A stretch of 63,921 bases of DNA, counting the filler, from Perkinsus olseni (Eukaryota): NCBI GenBank assembly GCA_013115125.1. It is 4 parts of 4 records of this genome, joined end to end, with 100 filler letters (N's around TTAATTAATTAA, not from the genome) between each part and the next. Parts side by side here need not be neighbours in the genome. Positions count along the whole stretch, not along the records: positions 16,041 to 31,959 come from JABANN010000691.1; positions 32,060 to 47,956 come from JABANN010000692.1; 2 more parts are not named here. One strand, given 5' to 3'. A program made the position numbers and the translations under genes. The stretch's first letter is position 1. Each line of letters begins with the position of its first letter. Below, one piece after another: positions 25,430-37,170 of this stretch. The notes beneath the pieces are model-generated. The model was given only the letters and a program-made list of their open reading frames with translations. It ran no database searches and had not been told where the DNA came from.

Positions 25430-28400
25430 GAGTGCCTGAGGATGCCACATGTCACAGTTCTCTGGACTCGAGTTCTCGGCGGCACTCGAAGGATCATTCC
25501 TCCTCCGGTTGCGACAGTACGGCTAATCATCAGAGTCTGACCTATGCAATAATCTACATACTGAGACCACGACTGAGACCCCATATCATGCTCACGCCCT
25601 CTCCTGACCCGAACAAGGGTTCAGTGTTACAGTGGACGTCGGGATGAGCCTGCTTATTTTGTGGAGACTAAGCCCGAATACCCCCTACGCTACGCGGATC
25701 GGTTTTTACGGCTCTCGAACGCCGGCTCACGATCCAAGCGGTTATCACAGGGAACTTGTGCCATCATTTGAGTTTCCCAATGCGGGCCGACTCGGATTAC
25801 GGTCGCAGGAGTTCCCCTTCGTCCAGGACGGCCACGGCAACGAGTACGCATCATTGAGTGTGCGCCGGCTGCTGCTTGGGGAACAGTGATCTACGCTCAT
25901 CGTTCCTGGCCTGGAGCGCTAGGGCACTTCGAACAAGCATACGGGGTACTTCAGAGTGCTTCTCCTCAGGATCCCACAAAGGCTCTCCTTCACCGAGCCG
26001 AACGCATCTCCTGAGCGCTGCCGGCCTGTCGAGTTCGAAGAACGCAACTCACAGCCCGTTGAGTCGGTCCTGGGCAGCAGGCCAAGTGAGAACTAACTAG
26101 TCTCCTCCTTGAGACGATTGAGGGCCTTCGTGAACAGCCGTCGCGTCGCACTGCTTCTTCCGAGGTCGAGAGGAGCATAGCAGAGCTGTCGCTGAAGTGC
26201 CAGCAGCTGACCGGCCAGCTGGAGAGGCTCGCAAAGGTCGGTGAGTCTGTTTCAAATCTGTCCTTCCGAATTCGGTTGGTAATTCCGACGAAGCTTCATT
26301 TGCATGCTGTAGTGCTCGCACTCGCGCCGTTAAGTCGAAATGGTGTGCTGCATAGCTCGAGGCTCGGGCCCCGGCCGCTGACTTATCGTGGTCCTGGAAT
26401 CCCCTTAGAATGCTTAGAATTTCGCCAGAGAAGTTGATGAGAGACGAGGGACTGAGGACAAGCTCACGCGGCATGTTCAGCAGCAGGTGGAAGAGCTTGT
26501 GAATATAGTGAGAGAGAGCGAAGCCAAGACTGAGCAGGTGGGAAAGGGCATCGTCGAACTGTGCGCTCGCAGTAGCATTCGTGTTACACCCCCTGCATAC
26601 TCTCCATCCCTCGTAAGCGGCTCTGGCATGATGCAAGTGTAGCCCTTTACGCACACTCCTATCGAGACAACTATGACTCCCAAGTTGCGATTATCAGAGC
26701 GTTTTCAATCAGGATGTTGGACAAGCCCTGAAGGTGCTTCGGTCCAATTTGAGCCTGCAGATGACGGAGGCTTCGGGGAGACATTTGCAGAAGCTTGAGA
26801 AGAAGCTTTCAGACGAATTCAACACGGGTGATTCACTTCTCATAAACCCTCATTCGTCATTCTGATAAAACGTGCGAATCTATCGGATGCGAGCTCATCC
26901 TTTTGCAGTGGTGGAAAGAAGCAGCGCAGACATTGGCGAACGACTCAGCAAGGAGGGAGCAGAAATAAATCAACGAGTTTCCAAGATCGAAGCACTGCTT
27001 AGGTGGGGTACACCACCTTTTCGTGCGCGTTCTTGCAGTAAAATAGCCTCACGTTATGTCTTCCCTCTATTGAGCGAGGAAGCCCTGGAGCTCGAAGGCA
27101 TCTGCTGTTGAGCCTCAGAGGCCAGCTTCTTCACTTGTATTCAGCTTCATGATTGTTATGTCAATAACCGGCTGAAACTATCCTACGGTTCGCCTGGGAA
27201 TTCCGCATAGCGTCACGCGCGTGTCACTATTGAGCGCGGAAACTGTGGAGGTCGTTTGACACCACCGGTTGTATCAACAGCCTACGATCAGGAGAAGCAC
27301 GGAGAGGTTCACAGACGCGCTTGACCCTATGCGAGCTACTTTAGCAGACTTGTCCTCCCGCTTCGAGGAAGTGGAGTCCAAAGCTATGCTGGGTCAACCT
27401 GGAGAGGGACAGATGTCGCCCAGCCGGCTCAAACAGCAGGTCGGACTTGACAAGGCATGCAGTTTCGTGGACGTGCGTACAGATACTCGCCCACGTCGAA
27501 GATCGGTTACGCAAATTCGAATCGGAAAGCCTTGACAAAATTGCAAGTAGGCCGCTTGGTGCCGTCGGTTCACACGACTAGCAGGCTTCGAGAAGAGATA
27601 CGCTCTCGACAGATCACCGAGAGCGATCGCCTCCACGTGAGTGCGATGTCGAAATGAAACTGAAGCTGCAACAGATAGAAAGGAAGCTCGCAGGTTAGCA
27701 GCCGTCTCTGGAACCTATGCAGGGACTGTTCGACATGACGCTGGAGAGAAATCGACCATCTATGCTTCGACTCAGCTTCGAACCCGGATGTCCGACTAGC
27801 GTCCATGCGCTCCGAGACACAGGACAGCTTGAACGCTGTCAACCAGCGAATCGATTCACTCCAAGGGGAACTGGGGTCGTTCAGAGGGGAAGTGGGTCTG
27901 TCCTGCGGCTGTGGTCGGAAGTGCTCCCTTAGACTTCCGAGGCGATAAATAGCCAGACGCAGCGATTGAAGGACCACGTGCTAGGCGAAGTTAAGAAAAA
28001 TGCAGCTGAAGCGCAACGCAGGGTGGGTTTACCGTTACGAAGTCCTTGACGAGCTCGTGGCGAGGCGACCGGCTACATTGCCTCCGTGTTGTGCTGTGCT
28101 TTGCTACGAGCGCTGCGATGGGGAAGTATCGTGTGTAGGAGCAAGAGCTGTCGAGAGCGCTTGAAGCGAGCATAAACAGCGTGAGTGATCGTCACGATGA
28201 ACTGAAGAAATCCGTGGAAACTGACTTCAAAAGTGCTGTTGAGAACGTGAGCCAGTGACGGATAGCTGGTCATGAGTGACGAGAACTCAGGTACGTAACG
28301 ATTCAGAAAAGTCCAAGGCGGACAATAGAGAATTATCAGACAAAGTTGGTCGCATACAGCGAGAGTTGAACAGCCTTACAACGCAGAGCGCAGAGCTCGA

Positions 28401-29330
28401 TAAAACCGTCGTAAGCTCTTTCGCGACTCCCCATTGGATCGGGGACTAGCCTCTCAGGCTGAGTTCAAAGAGAAGGTTAACGTGTTGTCTGCGAACAGCA
28501 GCAAGCTCATCAGCGAGCAAATAACCGAGTTGGAAGTAGGATCTCGCCAGGGGGCTTCTCTGAGCAATTCGAATCAGAAACGAACGACGGAGAGCTTGGC
28601 TGAGTCGCGGAGCTCGATAATGCGGGGCTTCGAGTCTGACCTCATGCGAATCACGGAGGAGGTGGGTGTGGTACTCCGCCCTGTCGCATACAGGGATGGA
28701 GCTTCAGCTTGACTGCCACGTCAAGAGCGTGCAGTCTTCCACAGAAGAGAGGATGAAGGGCCAAATAGAAATTGTCAAGGCAGAGGTGACGCAGTGCTCG
28801 ACAGAACACTCGGAGATTATAACGGTTCAGATTGACTCGAAGTCAGCAGAGACCGCTGATCGTCTGCGTCGTATGATGGGTTCTTTGATAGAACTTAATA
28901 TGCGTGTTGAAAAGCAAGAGGACATGATGAGTGACCCCAAACTGCAGAGGCATATCCGAGGGTCGGTCTTGACATTAGCAGATGAGGTCGGATCTCTAAG
29001 ATTCAGGCTGGTGGATGAAGTTATCCAAAGAAGTATGGATGCTGATAGGCTCGAGCATCGGGAGATGATAAGCCAACTTTACAAGAAGATGAGCGACGTG
29101 GTCAGTGCTATGCACTACCCAAAGTACGCTTCATGCCGCAGATCTTCTATGGTCGTTGCAGCTACCAAGTGTTCCCTGTTCACGAGTCGAGCGTGTCGAA
29201 CTGCTCAGGCATGGCCCTTCGGTGTCGGCTGTGCGGGCAATCGGAAATTCTGGCTCTGCTAACTCCAGTTCGCTGATGCGCTCACATCAACGCTCAACTT
29301 CGTCAATCAGCGTCCCCAGGCACGAGTGAG
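25430..29330 (+). CDS. Hypothetical coiled-coil protein, many short exons (boundaries approximate)
   Basis: E/K/Q/L-rich helical exons separated by GT-AG introns (e.g. AEFKEKVNVLSANSSKLISEQITELE; LVDEVIQRSMDADRLEHREMISQLYKKM). Confidence 0.4.
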
Positions 29331-29567
29331 TTTCCTTTTCGTCATTGACAACGTCCGCAACGTTGTCTCACGGAATAAAAGATACTACGACCGAGTTCTC
29401 GCGCCTGCGGCAGCAACGCAGGAGCAGCTGCGTTCGCTGATGAGGGAAATGAGCCAAGATCGAGATCGATGATCATGGCATGATGCCGTGCAAGCGTGTT
29501 TGCGCCGGATTTTGCGTTGCCCCCCGGAGTAGGGTTCCAGGTCTGGGCGCATATCCAACCTTCCACG

Positions 29568-29678
29568 GGTTTTTCAACAAACCTAAATTGAGACTCAGTA
29601 TCGATTCTGGAATTGCATTTTACATGTAGGAATCAATTCCAGAATCCATTCTGAGTTTCAGACTTACTCTATTGAACC
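29568..29678. repeat. Palindromic MITE-like repeat, copy B
   Basis: TGAGACTCAGTATCGATTCTGGAATTG...TTTACATGTAGG...CAATTCCAGAATCCATTCTGAGTTTCA forms a long inverted repeat. Confidence 0.75.
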
Positions 29679-29900
29679 GGGGGGTCGATACTGACATTTC
29701 TTCACTGGTACTTTTCACGGCTCCCGGGTTCTAACCCTCGTACCGTCATTTTATACGTAATTTATCCGATCGATCTTTGCGGCGATCGAAACCGCGGATG
29801 GAACGCTATGCCCCACAATCGATTATTCGGGCGAGCCCTTTTGACGTTCCGGGCACGGCACTAACGACTTCGGTGCAGAAGTCCCTACTATCAATGCAGA

Positions 29901-29978
29901 GCTGAGTGAAGACAAGTTACCACAGGGATTAGGTTTTCCCCTAAGATGAATTTCTTTAGTCATAGTTACACAGACAGC
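29901..29978 (+). ncRNA. Box C/D snoRNA, SNORD46/snR63-like
   Basis: Terminal stem GCTG/CAGC and a C-like box GTGAAGA (29906). The guide AGTCATAGTTAC is antisense to LSU GUAACUAUGACU and is followed by A and a variant D box CAGA (29971). The +5 rule points to the A equivalent to yeast Am2256 (rRNA context from recall). Confidence 0.7.
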
Positions 29979-29991
29979 TTAATTGTTTTGC

Positions 29992-30080
29992 TTCTATGAT
30001 GATATCTATCAATCGACATTCACTTAGAATGAGCGCAAATGCGCGTTGATATAAAACCCCATAGCACTGGGCGCTGAGAA
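29992..30080 (+). ncRNA. Box C/D snoRNA, snR76/SNORD88-like
   Basis: C box ATGATGA (29996), D box CTGA (30074) and a short TTC/GAA terminal stem. The guide AGCACTGGGC is antisense to LSU GCCCAGUGCU. The +5 rule gives the C equivalent to yeast Cm2197. Confidence 0.8.
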
Positions 30081-30094
30081 CTCATAATGCACGC

Positions 30095-30173
30095 GGTTTA
30101 TGATGAATAAAATCTATTTTCATCACTTTGACCTGATCATACGTGATGACACCAAGAGCATTGCTGAATCACC
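30095..30173 (+). ncRNA. Box C/D snoRNA, SNORD37-like
   Basis: C ATGATGA (30100), D' CTGA (30133), C' GTGATGA (30143) and D CTGA (30164). The D' guide TTCATCACTTTGAC is antisense to LSU GUCAAAGUGA(U/A)GAA. Confidence 0.82.
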
Positions 30174-30266
30174 AGCGTTGATGATTATTGAACGCTACGC
30201 GACAGTCTAGCGTGTTGGATACGTCACTAGCATGCACTGTCATGCGAGGACATCAGAGAGCAACAC

Positions 30267-31200
30267 TAGAACTCCTCGTCGACACGCCCGGGCTCTTGTA
30301 GAGGAACCGTAGTGCTCAATCGTCTTTTCAACTTTATGCTTGGACGACGAGTTCGGCTATGCTGCGCTGAGGGGAGTTCTCTGCTGGAGCGTCTCTGCGG
30401 CTGATCGCTCGAGGTTCGCTCGGAGTACACCGGAGTGACAGACCTTCGGCGGCTCGACGAGTACTGGCAAGACCAGTGTTCAATGCAACAATTGACTCCG
30501 GTCGGTACCCACCCGAGAACTCCGACTTGACGTCCCCGCCGATTCCGCTGTGGATGGCCGCCCTGATGTGGGAGGACGACCATCGTCGCCTGGCCGTCGC
30601 TCCGTGGTCATGAACACAGCCACGGCAGCCTCCTCGAACTCATCGGTCACGCGACACTTCAATGTCTCCCACAGGAGCTCAAGTGCGGATGCATTCGCAT
30701 CGTTTGAGCGTGGAACCGTACGATCCGCGGCACTCCCGAAGAGGTCGACGGAGAGGTCCTCTCGGGCGCGTAACCCAGGGAGCATCTAAGGCCACCGTTG
30801 CAGGGCTCGCCGAGAGCAATGGGTTCCGAGTCGATGGACTGAGTGCGGGCTGCGGTACTTCTTCCAACCATTGGGAACACCCAGTGATGCGGCACAACTC
30901 CGCAATCTCGGCTTCGGCCAGGCGTATCATCACCTTGCCGAAGCGGCAGTGGAGAAGCAGCCCAGGTCGATGCGCGCACCTCAAAGCAGTCGCTGATTTT
31001 CCCCGAGGCCAGGTGGTCTCCCGCCACGGAGCTCAGAGCCTCTCTGGGCATGTACCGATTGAACCATTCTATCGTTGGCATGAACCTGTTCAGCGAAGGT
31101 GCTCCCACTTTGGGACTCTCGGTTATCCGCTGGAGCACTCATCGTGGTTGAGCCGCCGGTGTGCTTCGCGCCAAGTCTGCAGAGAAATCTTCGCAGCGGC
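30267..31200 (-). CDS. Hypothetical protein, multi-exon
   Basis: Helical exons (LELLWETLKCRVTDEFEEAAVAVF; LAEAEIAELCRITGCSQWLEE) with splice sites. Confidence 0.35.
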
Positions 31201-31959
31201 GAGTTGACGTAGATTCTGAAGTGTCGAGCCTTTAAACACCCAAGGCGTCAGCACAAACTCACGCAGAGCAACTTTTCAGCTGCGATGATAATGACGGGTT
31301 TTAAACCACGTACGAGAGGTGAAAAGAAGGAACCTGAAATCAGGACGGCTCAAGCCGACGAGATTGTCATAAGTTAGCACTGAAGCGTGGCCCTTGACTC
31401 GTATCAAATGCTAGGTGGCGCATCTGGGCTATCAAGCGATATCTGTCCCAATGAGCCGGTAATGTGAGCTACACTGTAGTGGATTTGGGTAGCGGTTTCG
31501 AGTCTAACGGTGCCTTTCGGAGAGAACCCCTTCCCCCACCACACCTGATAGATCATCGACAGCTCTTTGCGCGACTTGCCTCGATGGTAGTAGGGACACC
31601 TGATGAGGGGCCTCCCAGGCTCCGTGGGGCATGTGAACGAGTGAACACTACGACGGTCGATTGGTGGCCCTGTTGCCATATTGACAGCCGAGCTCAATTT
31701 CATATTGTAACGACACCTCACGTTACAGCATCGAATCAGCTACCGATCCCTCCCATGCGTGCCAGGCGGAAACATCGTAGAAAGTTCGTGAATGCTGGAG
31801 TGCGTGATTATAAGGCGCGATTCCAGCTGCTCGATGTTGTGCATGCGTGCAGTTCCGTAATGTGACGCGTCTTGCCTCCGCGAGACGGCTCCCACACTAA
31901 CCACCGAAACGACCTTTGCACGATACCACCCGAGCGGGAGACACCTCCATCCGAAAGTG

Positions 31960-32059
31960 NNNNNNNNNNNNNNNNNNNNNNNNNNNNNNNNNNNNNNNNN
32001 NNNTTAATTAATTAANNNNNNNNNNNNNNNNNNNNNNNNNNNNNNNNNNNNNNNNNNNN
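31960..32059. other. Artificial contig linker
   Basis: TTAATTAATTAA at 32004-32015 within Ns. Confidence 0.98.
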
Positions 32060-32306
32060 AGAGAGCATCTTCACCAAACTTCTCGATCAATTGCATACAT
32101 AAACCTTGGGCAGCTTGCATCACAGTCAAACAGTTGATGCGATTAAAGCCGGCTCCCATCTCACCACGGAGACCAGCGGTACCAAACTCCATGCGATGAT
32201 CGGGATTGAGGCGATCTTCGACCTCCTCAGGTGAAAGCTCTTGGGCTTCCTTGCGAGTGTTCTTATCAAAATCGAGAGAAAGCCAAGTCTCAACTGCGCT
32301 TGTCAT
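32060..32306 (-). CDS. Phosphoglucomutase/phosphomannomutase (PGM2-like), N-terminal fragment truncated by the contig end
   Basis: WLSLDFDKNTRKE...RMEFGTAGLRGEMGAGFNRINCLTVMQAAQGL is the alpha-D-phosphohexomutase domain I motif. Confidence 0.9.
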
Positions 32307-33374
32307 GATGAATATTAACTAAAAAATTAACTGCGAAAGAACAGCGCTCATGCCAGACTTCATTCAAGCTTGAGGACTCGACTGCCATGGATAACAGTGA
32401 AATGCCCAACTCTTATCTCTAGCTACTCAGCGTATACCACTTGTCCCGTTCCAGTCGATGTTGTGTATACACAACGCCTGTCCCTGTACATTGTGTGCTA
32501 TGTTGACTATGAAACCGCCTGATGAGCGAACCTTGGACCCTTTCATCGGCCTGTGCTGCGCACCTGGGCGAAAGAGCTCTTACCGTCTTCTTCTGTCTCA
32601 AGTTGGTCAAGCAGAGGTCTCAACTCAACGTCATGACCTGTACCTGCTGGCCTGGTATCATCGAGAATGTTTCAGCTTTAGGATGCACTGGGCTGTAGCT
32701 CAAACGACCATTTGTCAGTGCTTGTCCATGATCAGGCCTCCTTCCTGCGGATTACTCTTAAAAATCCTGTGTGCGGTCGTCCAGTGGAATGATCAATAAC
32801 ATGTTGCCCTTTCATCTTCTCACAAGCAAGTGCGGCGTTCTGCTTTTCTCTGCAGTCTTGCCCCGTTCTGCACCAACCTTCCCATCGATTCCCGCTTCCG
32901 TCACTCCGCTAGAAACGCGACTCCACCTCCCACGCTCGCGAACACACGGAAAATGCCGTTGTTTCCATGACGGTGGCATGGGCTACTTTCTCGAGGTCCG
33001 CAATCGATTCGCCTTGGTCGCGCGATAAAAAGGCACAGCATCCGGGTGCCTGATCGTGTCGCCGGACAGGTGTCGGTTTTGAGTGGCGAAACTCACGCGC
33101 TCTGGACCCTCGCACTCTCCAAGCTGTCGAACTGCTCCCCCACATCAAGACGAGGGCTGGTTCGGTTGTCCTGAGGTCAATACTCAGGCGGGACCCTCCA
33201 ACCGAAACGGAGGGATTTCCACTCAGGACCCCCCCCCCCTACCCTTCCCGAGATAGGGGCGTTCGCGTCTACGAAAGGCGCTCCACCGTACTCCTGAAAA
33301 ACGACCGAACTCTATAAACTGCCATTAAAACCAGGCGAGGTTGAACTTAGTGATCGATAGTACCCACACAATAC

Positions 33375-36300
33375 TTAAGGTAAATATTGGAGGGTTCCAT
33401 CGAGAGTAAAACGACGACAGCAGGGGACAATATTTGTGTGCTGGCGGCGTCGCCTTGAGCACAAGCTAGGACGAGTGATGCTTCCCGAACTACTAATCAT
33501 CGTCAAGGTGTGACGTAGTAGCACAGCTGGCATTTGCTCTCGATGGAAGGGAGGTTTTCTACGAGTGGCTTGAACCGACGCCACCTTCAACTCGTCAGTT
33601 TGTTTTGATGTTTGTTAAGGGACAGCGTCTGGGTAAGCTGCTGCATCCCACCCGTCCCACCCGTCCCACTAACCGAGCTCGGGCCTACCCCGGCATACGT
33701 AGGCTCCTGCTAAGCTGCGCACCTGTTGTGCGCAGACAAACGCGGTATCCCCTGGCGTGTGTATTCGAGACGCAGCGGGGAGTGTCGTCGTGGGTCCGTT
33801 GGCACTCTCGCTGCCTTCACCTTCGTTGCGGACACTGTCCCGACTCCCAATTCCGAAAGTCAGAGGTTTCAGAGCGTGTCAGTCGCTTCGCTCGCTTACC
33901 TTCCGGAACCAGACTGCGAAGCTATCCAGTACATCTTTCTTGTTTTCAGCAACTTCTCTCTGGCATTGCAGAAGTTCTTCCTCTAGCCCTCTATGCTTCT
34001 CGAGCATGCTGCGATACCTGGGTAAGGCCAATCGCCCAGTCGCCTCCTTGCCTCGACCAACCTCTTCTTCGCTTCCGTCAAATCTCTCAGGAGACGATAT
34101 TCCTCTTCATCGAGGATGATATTTCCCGAGTCGTCCGTCTCTCGTTCCGCCCCGGAGCCTGCGGAGAAGATAGACCGGGCCAGCCCGAAGGGGCCCACCT
34201 TGTAGACGAGCCAGCTCGATCTTCATCCTCTCTATCTCGTCGACGGCCGAGTTCACGCTGCCGGCGACCGTTCGGATCTCAGCTCGAATCTGGGCACAGC
34301 GCAGAACTGCCATCGAAGGGTTTGACTATAGTGCTGCCTCCTTCGCGCGGGTAGCAAGATCTCGGTGGCGATCGTCGTAGCGGCGGCCGTGCTCCTGTTT
34401 GAACTCAGCGAATGCCTGGCACTTAAGGGATACCAATGGGCCATCAGGGAGTGCTTACAGCTTGCCGAGAAGGTGCCGCTTGAGGGCTCTTACTCTGTTC
34501 TCTCACCCCGTCAGGACCAACACTTTCCTCATCTGAGCATCAGCCACAGCAGACGATACCGAGGGGAGTTGAGGAGAACTCACTGGAGATGGATGTTGTC
34601 GAGGGAGGCGCACCATTGCCCTCAACGAGCCCAACAGAGAACCCCATCCCTTCCTTCACTTCATCACCGACCTGAGAACAGAAGCCATCCTAAGGGAGAC
34701 TGCAGGACTGTGGTGACTCCCCCAGATCTCCCCGTCTCCGGAGGATTTGCTGAGTTCTCCTTCTCGGGTCTGACATCAGCCTCGGTATCCTTCCCGCCAT
34801 CTCCTACAGCCTCTCTCAATAAAGCTGTCTCGCTCGATATGCTTTGGTACCTACCAAGACTCTTCCATGTTTTATGATAGGTAGTGGGGCTGCCCTACAG
34901 TCGGCGAGCTATCTTGAAGGCCTCCGTGACCTGCCGTATGGACTCCACCTCAAAATCTGCGTCCTCCCCAGTCAAGTACTTCAGCAACTTCTTCTCAAGC
35001 TCATCAACCTCTTCCGCTGTGTAATCATCGTATCTGATGGGGTACCATCATATGCTCCCTATCCGGTCGCCTCGCAACGACCCGGTAGATACGATAGATA
35101 CGATACTCGATATCCGGTATCTAGGACGGGGGTGATAGAAGCCCATCTCACAGGCTTCTAAGGGCAAGGACGAGCCTCATTTAGTTATGGCTCAGGCATT
35201 CACTATGACCGGAGAGAGAGACAGCTTACTGAACTCTGTGGCGGCCAGCCAGTATGTCGTGCATTTCCAGCTCCTGTTGCAACTGCTTGATGTCCTTTTC
35301 GTACTTCCGCAGTAGAAGGGTCGAGTCCATGTCGATATTCACACTGGGGGTGTTTGCTACACATCTTACCCGGCACGCAAACCGAAGGGTACCTGCGCGT
35401 TCTCGTCAAGACACTGGCTCACTGAAAGCCGGTTGCGTGCTGGTCCAACGAGAGGTCGAGTTCCCCCATCCCGCGCTACTGGCAGTCTCCTCGAAGTGCC
35501 TCGCTTCCGGCCATATCGCCGCGATGAGGACGGACTCTACGGAAGGGCCGGATGGTTACCCAGCGCGAGCAGCGATGATGCTCTTACTGCAGTTTCCCCC
35601 GAGGGAATCCTTCAGTACGTGAGTTAACTTGGACTGTCTATAAGGTACATGGTCCCGGTTCTTCGAGGCCAAGGCGAGAACGACCTGACGGGAGCCGATG
35701 CAGTAGGGGTCCTGCCGATTAGCGTGTACGACCTGTTCCAAATAAGTGCAGCTCCTGTTGATGCTACTGACCTCCTTCCTGCCTGACTCCGAGGGTGGGA
35801 TGTTGACGCCCTGAGTGCGCCGTAGAGCGAGAGAGCGATTGCCTCAGACCAGACCTTCGTCCGCTCACTCCCCGCCAGGTCCACAAGATGAATTTTAGAA
35901 TAGGTTATTTTCTCTGAGGAGTCGAGCTTGCTGCGGCTTGAGATGTATCTGGGTATCCAACCTTCCCGAAGGAGGAAGGCTCGCGATGGCCCTGGCTACA
36001 CGGTAAGGATGGCATGGCTCCGTGTGCTCCTTCGGTTGCTCAGTGTCTCGCCCATGGCTCGATGACTCTCGCCGGTGTAGAAGACGGACAGAGCATCTTC
36101 CTCGCTCTCGACAGGGATTCGCCGGAGACCTTTAACCTGAGGAGGTGCTCCATGCGAAGCAGCAGGCAAGTACGAGCTCTTATAGGATGTTGGTGTTACT
36201 ACGACGAGGTTGACGATGATGCGGAGCGTTCAATGGGCGCGGAGAACTGCAGCGATGGAGTCATCGACGACGTGATGATGTCAGCGATGTGCGTCAATCC

Positions 36301-37170
36301 ACATGGGGACGGTACCTGAACCCCTCTAGTGGGGTCTTCATAAAGCGTCAAGTCGTTCGTGATGGAATCGCCCGGAGCAGCACCGACATCGGGAGGCCCC
36401 AAGAGGTCCGCGAGAGCCTCGTTATAGATTTCAAGGTACCTGATCATAGAGGCAGCAGCAGAGGCTTCTTAACGATGCACAACCAAGGTGGCCGGGACAC
36501 GAGTCCACGCCCCGCGTGCGCATCCCATCATGGACTCAACCACTAGGTAGGGCTTTTCCTGTCGTCCATACGATAGTCTAATGTCGATGCTCATCGCTGG
36601 TCTCTCTTCCTTCTCCTTAAATATGTCTGCAAGTACTCGAGGAATGATACCACGATGCTCGTAGCTGCTCGTGCTTCCCACCATTGTGTATGTCTTACCA
36701 GCCCCCTGAGCAGGAGGAGGAGTCACAGCCATGTCTACCAGTCACAGACCACCCTACAGTATGGCCATAGGCGATGATAGCGGCGTTCACACCGTCGAAG
36801 GCTGACCGCACCAAGTCCTGAGCCCCATACTTGTAGACATCTTGTTGACTGAGCAGTGAGCGCCTTCAGGAGGTTCGGGCTGAGTTCTCCCGATATACCT
36901 GCTATTGATCAGCAGCCTGTCAACCTGGAAGTGCCACTGGTCCGCTTGGTTGTCTACACCATGACTGCCACCTTTCTTGCTCTCCGCGACCTCGGGCGCT
37001 CGCAGGTCGATGCTCTACCGCACGGGAAGCACAGGTCTAGAATATCGGAGACTGGTGTAAGGATCGGCTACGTCGGCTTGCGTGTCGAAGATGTAATGGT
37101 CCTTCGAGAAGCTAGCTGTCGGTCGAGTTCGCACTAGAACTTTCACGTTGTTGCTCCTTGCTGACACCAT
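33375..37170 (-). CDS. Kinesin motor protein, kinesin-9 (KIF6/KIF9)-like, multi-exon
   Basis: Motor motifs VKVLVRTRP, DGVNAAIIAYGHT|GAGKTYTM, RGIIPR, SYLEIYNE..DLL, SKIHLVDLAGSER and HVPYRQSKLTHVLKDSLGGNC, followed by a coiled-coil tail with ILDEEEYRL. The 3' end is approximate. Confidence 0.9.

Noticed and set aside
29878-29932. GAAGTCCCT...AGGGATT as an RNase MRP P4 helix
   Set aside because: The two strands are only about 40 nt apart, far too short for MRP, and the region is better explained by the snoRNA cluster.
33605-34877. Long plus-strand ORFs (249 aa and 170 aa)
   Set aside because: They are antisense shadows of the kinesin tail exons.
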